From Felis catus (lineage: Eukaryota), in contig NC_058383.1 in assembly GCF_018350175.1 (NCBI RefSeq), forward strand, positions 20,834,001 through 20,898,000: a stretch of DNA of 64,000 nucleotides, given 5' to 3'. Made by a program: the position numbers and the translations under genes. The notes beneath the pieces are model-generated. The model was not told the origin of the DNA, did not search any database, and worked only from the letters and a program-made list of their open reading frames with translations. Within the stretch, counting starts at the first letter, position 1. Every line of letters starts with the position of its first letter. Of the stretch, positions 39,579 through 51,670 are shown piece after piece.

Positions 39579-40009
39579 TCTGAAGTTTATTTACTTATTT
39601 TTCTTTCAACGTTTATTTATTTTTGGGACAGAGAGAGACAGAGCATGAACGGGGGAGGGGCAGAGAGAGAGGGAGACACAGAATCGGAAACAGACTCCAG
39701 GCTCTGAGCCATCAGCCCAGAGCCCGACGTGGGGCTCGAACTCACGGACCGTGAGATCGTGACCTGGCTGAAGTCGGACGCTTAACCGACTGTGCCACCC
39801 AGGCGCCCCATATTTACTTATTTTTAAGAGAGAGAGTGAGAGCCAGCAGCAAGGGAGGGGCAGAGAGAGAGGGAGGGAGAGAATCCCAAGCAGGCTCTGT
39901 GCTCTCAGTGCAAAGTCCAACACAGGGCTCAATCCCACGACCATGAGATCACGACCTGAGCTGATATCAAGAATCAGAAGCTTAACCAACTGGGCCACCC
40001 AGGGGCCCC
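39579..40009 (-). mobile_element. Can-SINE with nested younger SINEC_Fc-type SINE (~39603-39810), inside the TRAF7 pseudogene
   Basis: Outer TSD aagacccc(g/a)gcaatctt (39562-39578 / 40010-40026); inner TSD tatttacttattttt (39588-39602 / 39811-39825). Confidence 0.95.
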
Positions 40010-40556
40010 AAGACCCCAGCAATCTTAGAGTGCTCCCTCAAAGTGACACCCCGGTGGTTACCTCTACATCTCCTCTACCACCGGCCTGCTCGTCAGTGAC
40101 TTCTCCGCAACATCAAAGTCTGGGACCTGTTTACCCTCTACTGGCAACAGAATCCACTGGAAGGCACCAGCAGCACACGATGGACCTCCGAATCCAGGGC
40201 TCAAACTCTAGAACAGCTCTGCAGACTAAACCATCAACATCTGGGACCTCCAGAAGTCGAAGAAGGTGAACACAGTTCAGGTCCGTGACAGTCCCTTTTT
40301 CACAATGCTATCCCCACCCAACGTGCTCTTGAGCTCTCGCTAAAAGCTGTGGGCATCGTGAACACCAGCACGGAACTGAAGAAGGAATTGTGTAGCCTCA
40401 ACCAGTGGGTACAGGAGCCGGTGGGGGCCCAAAGCAACCTGCACAGCGGCTCCTACCAGACAACCAAGGTCTGAGACACGCAGACCCTCAGTCTTCCACA
40501 TCCTGCAGACAGCCAGCAACAACGTCCACTCCCCTGCCACCACAAACCCATGCTGA

Positions 40557-41046
40557 GTGTGCATGAGCTCCCCGGGGCTGCTGTAACTAAGTATCACAAA
40601 CTTGGGTGGCTGAAAACAACCTAATTTTCACTCTCTCGCAGTTCAGAGGCTGGAAGTCTGCAATCCAGGTGAAGGCAGAGCCACGCTCCCCACTGAAGGC
40701 CCCAGAGGAAGGCAACCCTTCCTTTTCTGGTCCTCACTTCTCCGGCTGCCAGCAGGCGTTCCTTGGCTTGCACACGCATCACTCCAACCTCTGCCTCTGT
40801 TGCCACACGGCGTTCTCCCTGTCTCCTGTCTTCACACGGCATTCCCCTGCGTGTCTATGTCCAAATTTAGAAGGACACCTGTCACTGAATTACGACCCAC
40901 CTTATTCAGATATGGCTTCATCTTAACTTGATTACGTCTGCAAAGGCCTTGTTTCCAAAACTGATCACGTCCACAGGTCCCAAGAGTCTGGGCTTCAAAA
41001 TACATTTTTGGGGGGTGGGGGGGAGGACGCAATTCAACCTGTAATA
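40557..41046 (-). mobile_element. MLT1 (MaLR) LTR inserted in the TRAF7 pseudogene WD40 region
   Basis: ggggctgctgtaactaagtatcacaaacttgggtggc...ggaagtctgcaatccaggtg...aattcaacctgtaata; TRAF7 homology resumes at 41047. Confidence 0.88.
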
Positions 41047-41768
41047 CTCACCCACGTGTGAAACAGCAAACAAAAGGAACGCGTGCAGAGCTCACAGCCA
41101 CCTGGCCCCCACCGTGTGGCCTGCCACAGTCCTCTTTACGCCGGAGGAGACTCAAGTGTTCAGTATGTCCAACCCCGGGCCCGCTGGGAAAAGGGCAGCG
41201 TGATTTGCCCACAAGCCCCTGCGGCAACTGGGAAGGATGGCCGACTGGCTTCATTCAGGAGCCACGGGTGGGGCTGGATTTGCTCACAGAATATCCAGGC
41301 CAGGCGCTGGCTCTCCCGGGAAGCATCAGGAGCCTGCCAGACACAGGCCACTCGTCAGCAGGCCTGTTACTGTGTCTGCCCTGCGGGGACGCGTGGCTTA
41401 GCCAGTGCCTCCCCGGCCTCCAACTCAGTGAGCTGCGTCGTGTGGCCAAGGCCCTGCATCCCCCAGGGCCCGCCTGGGCCGCACCAGGCTGCCCGTGCAG
41501 TGACAGCTCAGTCCACGCCTGTCCCCTCCCACATGGACCACAGACTCACATTTTCTACTGGCTTTTCAGGCTGCATATAGATTGATTGGGCTGTTTCCTG
41601 ACTTAAACGAAAACCGAAAAGCCAAAAGTAAGTAAATACGTAAATATTAATCCAATAAATAATGAGTCGTCCCGCACGGTGAGAAGATAATCAAGGCTGG
41701 GCTGGGCTGGGGAAGGAGACACACAGTTCATTCCCGTGCCTCCTTCTACCTGTGGCCCTCCCTCCTAC

Positions 41769-42111
41769 CGGAAAGATAAGCTCTTCGTGACCAGGGGGTG
41801 GAGAAACGGAGCGGCAAGGAGTCTTTCTCTGGCTTCGGTCTTTTGGAAAGTTTAGACCTTTGAATTTCGGAAACCTCGGGACCCCGAGGGAAATCAGCAA
41901 GCACAAAATACAACCTGGAGAAGCATATCCTCTGAAGAGGAGATCCCAGGACAGAGAAATCAATGGCACGAATATGGCCGTTTGGCCCAAATGCCTGGGA
42001 ATCCTTTCGAGACATAGCAGGGGCAGAAGAAGAAACGTAAAGAAGAAGAATGTAAAGAAGAAACCGGGGCCCGCACTGCAACATCCAGGACAGCCCCTCA
42101 CAAAGAGTGAC
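41769..42111 (-). CDS. Candidate exon B of unidentified minus-strand gene (VTLCEGLSWML...PWSRRAYLS)
   Basis: Acceptor ctgacctgtggtgcag and donor gtagga; 343 nt open, phase 0-1; an alternative in-frame acceptor exists at 41914. Confidence 0.38.
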
Positions 42112-42883
42112 CTGCACCACAGGTCAGTGCCAAATACAAATGTAGGTCCCCTGACGGAAAAGCTGTTTCAAATGGTGTTTGGCTTAATAGCCAAGCACAC
42201 AGTCTTTCTAAGCAGGGAGCCCTGTGAAAGGACCCCCCAGTGCACAGCCGTGAAGCCAATCCTGCCATTGAGAAGCGCTGTGCTGGAAAGCCCCAGCCAA
42301 AGGCCATGAGCCATCCCCTCCAAAAAAAAAAGTCTAGGAGTAACAGAGCTTCCCTAAGACACTCCCCCTCCGACCTGCAGAAACGCCAAGGAAAAGACTG
42401 GACCCAGACATATTACATACCAGGAATATAAGGAGAACAAAAAAACGAGACAGGTGCATCTAGAAAGCCAGGCAATAAGGCACTGGATTTATCAAACTAC
42501 AGAAGAAATCTTAAACATGCAAAGCTCTTCAGCCGTAACTGCCAAGACGTGCAAGTCTTTCTAACGGCACTTACAAAGAAAGAAAGCGTACTGAAGAGAT
42601 TGACAGGATCGCATAAAAAGGAAAAAAACCCTATGAACTAACAAATAGCTCTCAAAAGAAAGTGACTGGCGAGGAAAATCCATTTGCAACATACCAGACA
42701 GATGCAGAGCTGAGAGTAGTACTATGTAAAAAGTTCTTATAAATCAATAAGAGGAAAATACATTTTTTCAAGTGGGCCCTCAAGCCCCCTAAAACCACAA
42801 AATGTCAAAATCAAGTGCGTAACAACAGATTTCTCAACGCAAAAAAATTCGAAGGTACAAATCGTAATGATAAGAAAATTCTT

Positions 42884-43102
42884 GGGGCGCCTGGGTGGCG
42901 CAGTCGGTTAAGCGTCTGACTTCAGCCAGGTCACGATCTCGCGGTCCGTGAGTTCGAGCCCCGCGTCGGGCTCTGGGCTGAGGGCTCAGAGCCTGGAGCC
43001 TGTTTCCGATTCTGTGTCTCCCTCTCTCTCTGCCCCTGCCCCGTTCATGCTCTGTCTCTCTCTGTCCCAAAAAATAAATAAATGTTGAAAAAAAAAATTT
43101 AA
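42884..43102 (+). mobile_element. Young felid SINEC_Fc-type SINE
   Basis: Diagnostic head; TSD taagaaaatt. Confidence 0.95.
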
Positions 43103-43272
43103 GAAAATTTTCATCTATCATCTGTGAAGAGAACACAAAAATCATCCTAATCCCTGGTTTTGTAGAAGAAAAGGAAGTCAGAATGTCTTTCAAAATCTGC
43201 TGGTAAGCCTATACGTTGACAGGAGCTTTCCAAAGGGCAAAAAGACAGTATGTATCAAAACTCTAAATTGAT

Positions 43273-43487
43273 GGGGCGCCTGGGTGGCTCAGTCGGTTAA
43301 GCGGCCGACTTCAGCTCAGGTCATGATCTCGAGGTCCGTGAGTTTGAGCCCCGCATCGGGCTCTGTGCTGACAGCTCAGAGCCTGGGGCCCGTTTCAGAT
43401 TCTGTGTCTCCCTCTCTCTGACCCTCCCCCGTTCATGCTCTGTCTCTCTCTGTCTCAAAAATAAACGTTAAAAAAAATTTTTTTTAG
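43273..43487 (+). mobile_element. Can-SINE
   Basis: Full-length; TSD-like aaactct(a/g)aattga. Confidence 0.93.
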
Positions 43488-44021
43488 AAACTCTGAATTG
43501 AGTAAACTCTCATTCAGCAATTCTAACCATTTACACGGGTCTTGAAGAAATCATCAGGCAAGTGAATTTAAAAAAATAACTTTAAAAAAATATTTCCTAA
43601 CTTGCCTAAGTTTCTTTAACTGTCAAGTCGCAGAACAGGTGTTTAAACCCAGATCGGCCTTCTTTAGAGACCCGAGGCAGGCACACCAATTATATGCAAG
43701 TGAGAAACACAACACAGGTGGTCAGGAAGCAATGGCAGTTGGTCAAACTCAGGGCCTTGACCATCCCACCCACTGCACGTTCCAGGGGAATCATCGTGCG
43801 CCGGTAGGAGTAAGGGAATAGTCTGCTTCTAGGGATCTAAACATTCGGGGGGTGGAGGGAGACCCTGGGGCCTGTTGTCCGTTCTCCCACAAACAGCCAA
43901 CCTTTGGCATGAATGAAAGACGCCGCTCCCCTTAGTAAAGAGTCTTTGTGTTGTGAATGACAAATCACCTCCTCTCAGAGCATCTTCGGGAGCACGCGTC
44001 TAGTGGGGTTGAAGATCTCAC

Positions 44022-44081
44022 CTGGGAACACAGCTCTGTGAGTGATCGTTCGATCCTGTGGGTCAAGGACCGCAGGTCCAC
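44022..44081 (-). CDS. Candidate exon A of unidentified minus-strand gene (VDLRSLTHRIERSLTELCSQ)
   Basis: Acceptor ctgttttgcgcag and donor gtgaga; 60 nt, phase 0-0; in frame with exon B. Confidence 0.4.
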
Positions 44082-45524
44082 CTGCGCAAAACAGACGGGC
44101 CGTGTACTTTTGCAGACAGAAGTCAAGTCCAAGGAGCCCAGTGGGATTAAGAAGAAATACATCCAAGACTTGCAGGCCCGAAACCTGGGATCCCTTCACG
44201 CATTTCATCTGCGGAAGGCTGCCTCGTTGCACACTGGACATGCATCAACAGAAACCTCCCAGGGCTGTGGGAGAATCACGGCCCTTCGTGGTCTGAGACC
44301 TCACCCCGGGGGAACTCGCCTTGAATGTTGTAGGAGAGGGGAGGCCCGGACTACCCTTAGTAGGAGGTAGGATTTTCCCAACCTTGCAGGGTGCAGGCTC
44401 TAAGGCCCTACCAGTGGATCAGCCCTGCCGTGTTTTTCAGCCAGATCCTCCTGGGAGGATGATGGTCCATCCGGCCATGAGCTAGCGGGGTGAGCCTGGG
44501 CCAATCCTTCCTTCTGCCTCAGGGTTCCTGCCTCTCGTGCAGGCCCTGTAGGGTCTGAAGTCCTGCACGTGGAAGCCCAGTCTCCATAAAACTGTGCACA
44601 CCCTACATAGGTCTTTGAAGTCGCCTTTTACAGTAAATTTGGACTTTATCCTGCCTGTCTCGCTCTAAATCTATCCCCTCTTGCCACACGCCTGGCTGCC
44701 GGCAGAAGCCTGCCTTCAGGTCTTACCGCTCCTGAAGTCATCTCTGGATGGAAACGATAAAAATAGAAAAGCGAGAGTGAAAACGGAAAGAAATCAAGAT
44801 TTAGTCGAACCATCAGACGTAACAGAGGAAGCGTGCACAGTGCTGCAGTGCTGCGTGGCCGCTCAATGCGGACACCCAGGTAGCTTCCCTCTTCTTGCTT
44901 TTTTCTTTCTCATGTCTCTGTCGGAGATCCTTAGAGCAGCACCGTTCGCTCCCGTCTCTGGATAGGGAACTGACATCTCTCATGGAAAATGAGCACCCTC
45001 TCTCCTTGGCCAACTAGAAAACATATGGCATATTAAGCCAGAAAAGATGCTCGCGGAACATCTCTCAGACTGGCAGAGCATTTACGGTGCGCCTTCCATA
45101 GTCCTTTACACACGTTAGCCCTGGGTCCCCACACCGCTGTCTGAGTCCTCATTTTTTACTGGTGCAGAAACTTTGGCTGGAAGAAGTCAACGGAGGTCCC
45201 CAAGATGGCAGGAAGGGTCAAAGTGATGGTTTTAGGACTCCCAAGTTCCGGGCACAAACTGAGCAGGACACATTCGTTCCTGCCTTCATGCACCATACAA
45301 TCGGGCAGGGGAAAAGTAGAAATGATATCACAGATACGTTATTATACACCATGAGAGCCAAAACTGGATCTCTATGTCCAGCAACAGAGGAATGGCCAAC
45401 TAAATGATGGTTCGTCTACATATAATAAATTCCTGCCACAGGCGGTAAAAATGGGTTTGCATAAATACATTTATTTACCTAACACACATCCTCTATAGGT
45501 TGTACGGAAAAATAACACAGGATC

Positions 45525-46165
45525 TGGGAATGCAAGCTGGTGCAGCCACTCTGGAAAACAGTATGGAGGTTCCTCAAAAAAATAAAAATAGAACTACCCT
45601 ACGGCCCAGCCATGGCACTACGAGGCATTTCTCCACAGGACACAGGTGTGCTGTTTCCAAGGGACACATGCACCCCCATGTTTATAGCAGCACGATTGAC
45701 AATAGCCAAAGTATGGAAAGAGCCCAAATGTCCATCGACGGATGAATGGTTAAAGAAGACATGGTATGTATATGCAATGGAGTATCACTCGGCCATCCAA
45801 AAGAATGAAATCTTGCCATTTGCAACTACATGGATGGAACTGGAGGGGATTATGCCAAGTGAAATTAGTCAGTCAGAGAAAGACAAATATCATACGACTT
45901 CATTCATATGAGGACTTTAAGAGACAAAACAGATGAACATAAGGGCAGGGAAAATAAAAATAATATAAAAAGAGGGAGGGGGACAAAACAGAAGAGGCTC
46001 ATAAATATGGAGAACACACTGAGGGTTACGGGAGGGGTGGTGGGAGGGGGGATGGGCTCAATGGGCAGGGGGCATTAGGGAATCTACTCCTGAAATCATT
46101 GTTGCACTATATGCTAATTTGGATGTAAATTTTAAAAAAGAAAAAGAAAATTAAAAAAAAAAAGG
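45525..46165 (+). mobile_element. 5'-truncated young carnivore/felid L1 (ORF2 C-terminus, 3' UTR, poly-A)
   Basis: ORF 45540-45911 [20 protein letters not shown]...ATTWMELEGIMPSEISQSEKDKYH is the L1 ORF2 end; G-rich 3' UTR and A tail. Confidence 0.95.
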
Positions 46166-46317
46166 AAAAGGAAACAGGGTACTGGACAGATTATAAAGTA
46201 TGATTCTATTTTCCTTACAGGAAAAACAAAACATCTATACAAAGCCCAGGCTTTTAACTGCTACGTTATGCTGCCCCTCTTCTATGTACCGACCCCCCTG
46301 GTAGCCTGTCCTTTAGC

Positions 46318-46540
46318 AAAGGCATGGGCAAACTGGAGCCCATGGGCCAAACGCAGCCCGGCCTGTTTGTGTAAATAAAGTTTTATTGGAACACAGACAC
46401 AGCCACCTGCTTCCGTATCGTCCGGGGCTCCTTTTCACATTACAGCAGCAAGCTGAGTAACTGCAACAGACGTTGTAGGACCACAAAGCCTAAAATATTT
46501 ACCCTCTGGCCCTTTACAGAAAAAGGCTGCCAACTCCTGC
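46318..46540. mobile_element. MER58A-type hAT DNA transposon
   Basis: ggcaaact..gggccaaa..gtaaataaagttttattggaacaca..aagcctaaaatattaccctctggccctttacagaaaa. Confidence 0.85.
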
Positions 46541-46780
46541 ACCGGTCCATCCAGGAAGGAATCCGGGAGCATGACTGTTCTGAAATCACAGTCGCCTTAA
46601 GCGAGCACTTACGAGGCACCCGTCCCTACGTGAGCTCTTTGCGGGCACCTCTGATTTCACTCCCTCATGGGCCCTATGTGGCAGGTACTGCCACTAACTT
46701 CACTCTACACAGTTGGAAACTCGGGTGCTCGGAGATTCCAGACCGTGTCCAGGATCACACAGCCAGTCAAAGAAGAAGTC

Positions 46781-47012
46781 GGGGGCTCCTAGGTGGCTCA
46801 GATGGTTAAGGGTCCGACTTCCGCTCAGGTCATGGTCTCACGGTTTGTGGGTTCAAGCCCTGCGTCGGGCTCTGTCCTGATGGCTCAGAGCTTAGAACCT
46901 GCTTTGCATCCTGTGTCTCTTTTTTTCTGTCCCGGCCCCACTCACAGTCTTCTCTCTCTCTTCTCTCTCTCTCAAAAATAAGTAAACATTAAAAAAAAAA
47001 TTTTTTTTTAAA
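46781..47012 (+). mobile_element. Can-SINE
   Basis: Head and tail, inside a MIR. Confidence 0.9.
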
Positions 47013-47565
47013 GAAGAGGAGATTCAAACTAGGTTTTCACGAGCAATGACACACGACCCGTAACGTCGACGTAACAGACTCACCCTCCAGCTTCTATTCC
47101 TTCTCTTTCTGGTCCAGCCCCTGGCATCCTAAGTACAGGTTCTTGTACCTCATCTCTGCCTGAAGTCCTGTTAAGTCTACTATTATCTCTAGCTCTGGAC
47201 ATAAATGATTATTAATATTAATCAGATCAGACATCAGTAGGTATTGATTGCCTCTAGAGCGGTTAGCTGTCAATGGAAGTTTCTGGAAGCGGTGAGATGA
47301 TGGCCGTTGTCTTTTATTTTTTTTTTCTTTCAAGTTTTTATGTAAATTCCAGTCGGTTAACATACAGTGTAATGTTAGCTTGTACTCTAGCCATCCCACA
47401 TTCCCATACAACCCCCGGTGCTCATCATAACAAGTGTCCTCCTTCATCAAGGACCACGGTTTTGAGCCTTGGTGGATTTTAGGAAATAGGGCAGAGGAGG
47501 GAGAGGCCGTCTAGAGATGGGATACAGGGCATGTTAAAACCACAGTCAGCGGGGCGGGGGGGGTG

Positions 47566-47803
47566 GGGTTGCCTGGGTGGCTCAGTCGGTTAAGCATCCA
47601 ACTTCGGCTCAGGTCATGATCTCACCGTTCATGAGTTCGAGCCCTGCGTCAGGCTCTGTGATGACAACTCAGAGCCTAGAACACAGCTTCGGATGCTGTG
47701 TCTCCCTCTCTCTCTGTGCCCCTCCCCTGCTCGTGCTCTGTCTCCCTCTCTCTCTCTCTCTCCCTCTCTCTCTCAAAAATAAAATAAACATTAAAAAAAA
47801 ATT
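47566..47803 (+). mobile_element. Can-SINE
   Basis: Head, (CT)n, tail. Confidence 0.92.
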
Positions 47804-49126
47804 TAAACCAGAGTCAGAAATGCTCTCGTCCACTTAGCCGCACTGAAGGCACTAAGTCCTACAGGGGCAGGGGGAGGTCGGGGAGTTAGAGATTCACGGA
47901 CCCATGGTTTAGCCTTTTGGTAGAGTCGTGACCAAGCATTTACTTATTGGTACGTATATATTCTTTTATAAAAATCCCTTTCACTTGTATTTCTCCTTTA
48001 TATTACAATGAGGTCACATACGGATTTTTTTAAATTATGCGTGTGGATTGGTTGTATTATCTATGATGTTCATATCTGGAGGTCCTACAACATATTTGCT
48101 CTAAGAAGGGAACACCGGGCCCAAACAGATGTTGAGAACCATCAGCCTGGTAAATTCCGGGGGTGAGGGGCAAGTTCCACGGGGCTGGAGCCAGATGGAG
48201 GACCAGACGTGAGCTGGAAGGGGACAAGCTGAATGACACAGGAGGAACGCGGGATGTGCGAAGGTCTTCGGGCACAGGGGCAATTGTACTATGAAGCTAA
48301 TGAAGGAGCAGCTTCAGTGAAGCCCCTCGAATGCTCGGGGCCACTGCAAGACCTTGGGAGAAGACTTACAGCCAATTAAAAAAACCTGAAGTAGAGGTTT
48401 AAATTGCAAGTCGATTTTTATTTCCATTTTGCTTCAAGAAGGTCCCCCAAATTGCACACAGAGGGCCCCACAAGCTCTGGACAATCTTGCTTGGATGAAT
48501 TCAGGCTTCGACAATGGGGAACACGTGGAATGTCGAAGCAAGGAAGTGACACACCCCTTGTGCAGAAACACCCTTGGGCACTCCCCTCTCGAGCTGAAAA
48601 AATGTCCTTGCTTCTTGTGTCCCACTCCATAGGAGTGAGACAAGGCCATGTGGTTCAGACCCGTTTTCTGCTCGGTCCACGTACGGACCCAGACATGTCC
48701 CTGCACGTGACTGTGGTCCATCCACCACCATGCTCAATCCAGTGAGTCCAACTCCCCCCCGACCCATTTCACTCACAGAACAAACCAACTATTCCCAGGT
48801 AGGAGGAACCCCAAGACCAGCCCTTGCACCAACCTTAGCCCAAGGACACACCTTTGTATTCCTCGTATCTTCCTGAATCTGTGGCTCCATTATCTGGGTG
48901 AGGAACAATACCAGCACTCATTGTAAATGCTTTCATTCACTCCACACCCAGGTACTGTACTCCCCCTATGAGCCAGAGCTTGTGGTAGATACCAGAAAGA
49001 CTGGGTAACAGAGTAGTTAAGGTAGCTGTTGGGAATCTTGGCATATACTTACTATGTGACCTTGCGCAACCCATTTGACCTCTCTTGAGTTCAAATTTAT
49101 CTCGACTACAAAACAGACATGAGGGA

Positions 49127-49380
49127 GGAGCACCTGGATGGCTCTGTTGGTTAACTGCCCAGCTCAGGTCATGATCTCGCAGTTCGTGAGTTCAAGCCCC
49201 GCGTCGGGCTCTGGGCTGACAGCTCAGAGCCTGGAGCCTGCTTCGGATTCTGTGTCTCCCTCTTTCTCTGCCCCTCCCCTGGCTCATGCTCTGCCTCTCT
49301 CTCTCTCCCTGTCTGTCTCCGAAAAATAAATAAACATTAAAAAAATAATAATAATAAACAAATAAAATAAAATAAAACAG
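49127..49380 (+). mobile_element. Can-SINE
   Basis: Head and tail; TSD aaaacagacatga. Confidence 0.92.
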
Positions 49381-49549
49381 ACATGATGGATATGTTGACT
49401 TTACTTCAGTTAAAAAATAAAGTGTGACATTTCAAGTGAAAAAATAAAATAAATTAAAAATAAACGGACATAATGACAGCAGTGAGCATCTTCTGCTGTT
49501 TCCTGTCCTTCAAGTCCTTCTCTTTCTTGTTTAATGTTCCAGTGGATTA

Positions 49550-50270
49550 CATTATTATTTGCATTGAGGTATGATTTTCATCCTATAAAATACAGTTCTT
49601 AAATGTTCAGCTCGATGAGTTTCAAGAGCTGTGTATTTCCAAGTAGCCTCACTAGAGACAAAATATAGAAGCCTCCTAGTGTCCCAGAAAAGTCGCTTAT
49701 GCCCTTTTGACATCAATTCCACACTTACTTCTAACACCACATCTTGCTTCTAACACTATGGATGAAAAGCATCATACATAATTATCTTCTTATGTCTGGT
49801 TTCATTTGCGCAGCTTCATGTTTTAAGCTGCATCCATAACTTTATACGTAGCAATGGCCTGCCTTGTGTGGTTGAATAATACGCCACTGTGTGAATGTAT
49901 ACTACAATTTATCTCTCCATTCCCACAATGATGGACGTTTGGGTTTTTCCAGGTCGGAGCTACAATGAATACAGCTGCTGTGAGCATTGCTGTCAAAGTC
50001 TTTTTGCAGACACACGACTGCATTACTTTTGGGTAAATATCAAAGAGTGGAATTTCTGGGTCATGGGGTCAACGGATATTTAACATTATAAGAAATTCAC
50101 AACCAGTTCTCCAAAATGGTAGTACCACTTGGTACTTCCCCCAAAAAGCAATGCAATGTTCTAGCAGCTGCTCCACATCCTAACACTTTTCTTTGCCAAT
50201 TTTTGCAGGGTTTTTGTCTGGTGTTGTTTTTGCCATCCTAGTGATGGCGGAACAGAATCGCAGAGCGTGC
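49550..50270 (-). mobile_element. Old L1 3' end fragment
   Basis: Minus ORF CKKTLTAMLTAAVFIVAPTWKNP resembles the L1 ORF2 end. Confidence 0.75.
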
Positions 50271-51455
50271 CTATTTTTAACGCTACCGTGTGCGGTGGCC
50301 TGACTTTGTGGCTTGACTTTGTTTCTTGAACGGCTGATGATCACGCCACACCTGGGATAGGTTACCTCTGAAATTTCCTATTTAAATAAACCAATTTTCT
50401 GTAGTTATTGAAACCACCAGTTCTGTCAACTGTCACCAAGTTTCCTAGGTGACAGAGTGCCTTCATTTTCACTGTCCAACTAAGAAGCTGAAAATTAAAA
50501 AGGTTAAGTTTTCTGTTTGGTCACACACAGCTCATATTTGAAATCTACTCTATCTCCCTCCAAAAGTCCGTGCTTTTCGGACCAAGGGTTGCTCCTTCTC
50601 AAACGTAACAATTTCTGAATCATTAAAAGCATTAAAAAAACAAATGAGAACTAATGAGATTTAATTGAAAACTACATGATGCATAATTTATACAACCAGG
50701 GGGGAATCAAATCATAGCTTGAGAAAGTGAAATATTTTCTATCTTTCACTTATGTACTTAATTTAATTTTAACTTGCCAAATCATTCAGGGAATATTTAC
50801 TGACAGCATAGATTACATGCTGGGCACTGTATTAGAAATATAAAACAGAGGAAGAGAATGATCCTGAATGTGTCCCCACCAAACAAGAGAGCCTAAACAA
50901 ATAAACGGAAGCAAAAACTGGTAGTTCTCAAAGGAGAAACAGAAAAATATGCAATTAGACTTGGTAATATTAACACCCCATTCCCGGCAAAAGATAGAAC
51001 CGCTGGACAGAAAATCAGCAAGGATACTGAATATCTGAACATAGCCAACCAATAGGATCCAACAGGATCCACATAGAGAACACTCTACCTAAACAGCAGA
51101 AAACACATTTTTTTTCAAGTAATGGAGAACCTTCAAGAGAGGTCACACTGTGGGGCACAAAATAAATCTCAACATATTTGAAAGAACTGAAATCGTGTGA
51201 ACTCTTCCCTACGATCACAATGGAAGCAAACTAAAACATAATAACGAGCAACAGGAAAAACGTCTGAACGTGTGGCAACTGAGCAACAGACTTCTAAATA
51301 ATCTGCCAGTCCAAAAGGAAGTCTCACAGAAGATAAAGACACAGGGAACTAAATGAAAAATGGAAACACAATGTATCCAAATCTGCGGGATGCAGCTACT
51401 GCAGTGTTGACGGGGCAATCTATAGTCCTCGTTGCTAACTTTTGAGAAGAGGAAA

Positions 51456-51670
51456 GGGGCGCCTGGGTGGCTCAGTCAGTTAAGCGTCCGACTTCGGCTC
51501 AGGTCACGATCTCACGGTTTGTGAGTTTGAGCCCCACATCAGGCTCTCTGCTATCAGCACGTGGAGCCTGCTTTGGAACTTCTCTCGCCCTCTTTCTCTG
51601 TCCCTGCCCTGCTTGTGCTCTCCGTCTCTCTCAAAAACAAACATTACAAAAATAATAATAATAATAAAAA
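51456..51670 (+). mobile_element. Can-SINE
   Basis: TSD aagaggaaagg. Confidence 0.92.

Larger units (their letters stand above)
38467..41640 (+). pseudogene. TRAF7: Processed (intronless) pseudogene of TRAF7 (RING/zinc finger, coiled coil, WD40 repeats) including 3' UTR remnant
   Basis: Colinear matches to TRAF7 as I recall it: SPRYN at the start, TYSPLDEDSVP, EEPLVFAEQPSVK (~38757), RING region VFRDPV..CRHTFC, HSKDGCRFMRNLDIYKRHLDTC..CFEAL, FHEMNMAQAEEQITF, KDELSHIHTYL.RVILGS*DP. WD40 fragments: [68 protein letters not shown]. No introns, many stops and frameshifts, A-rich end ~41605-41640. Confidence 0.93.

Noticed and set aside
41058..41585. 175-aa and 165-aa plus-strand ORFs as a new gene
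   Set aside because: They overlap the GC-rich, frameshifted end and 3' UTR of the TRAF7 pseudogene
21200..41640. Functional innate-immune cluster of TLR plus TRAF7
   Set aside because: Both are dead and the TRAF7 copy is a retro-insertion; co-location is most simply coincidence
41860..42309. 149-aa plus-strand ORF with a lysine-rich NLS-like stretch
   Set aside because: Non-ATG start, no recognisable homology, antisense to candidate exon B; the K-rich part comes from a small (AAG)n duplication
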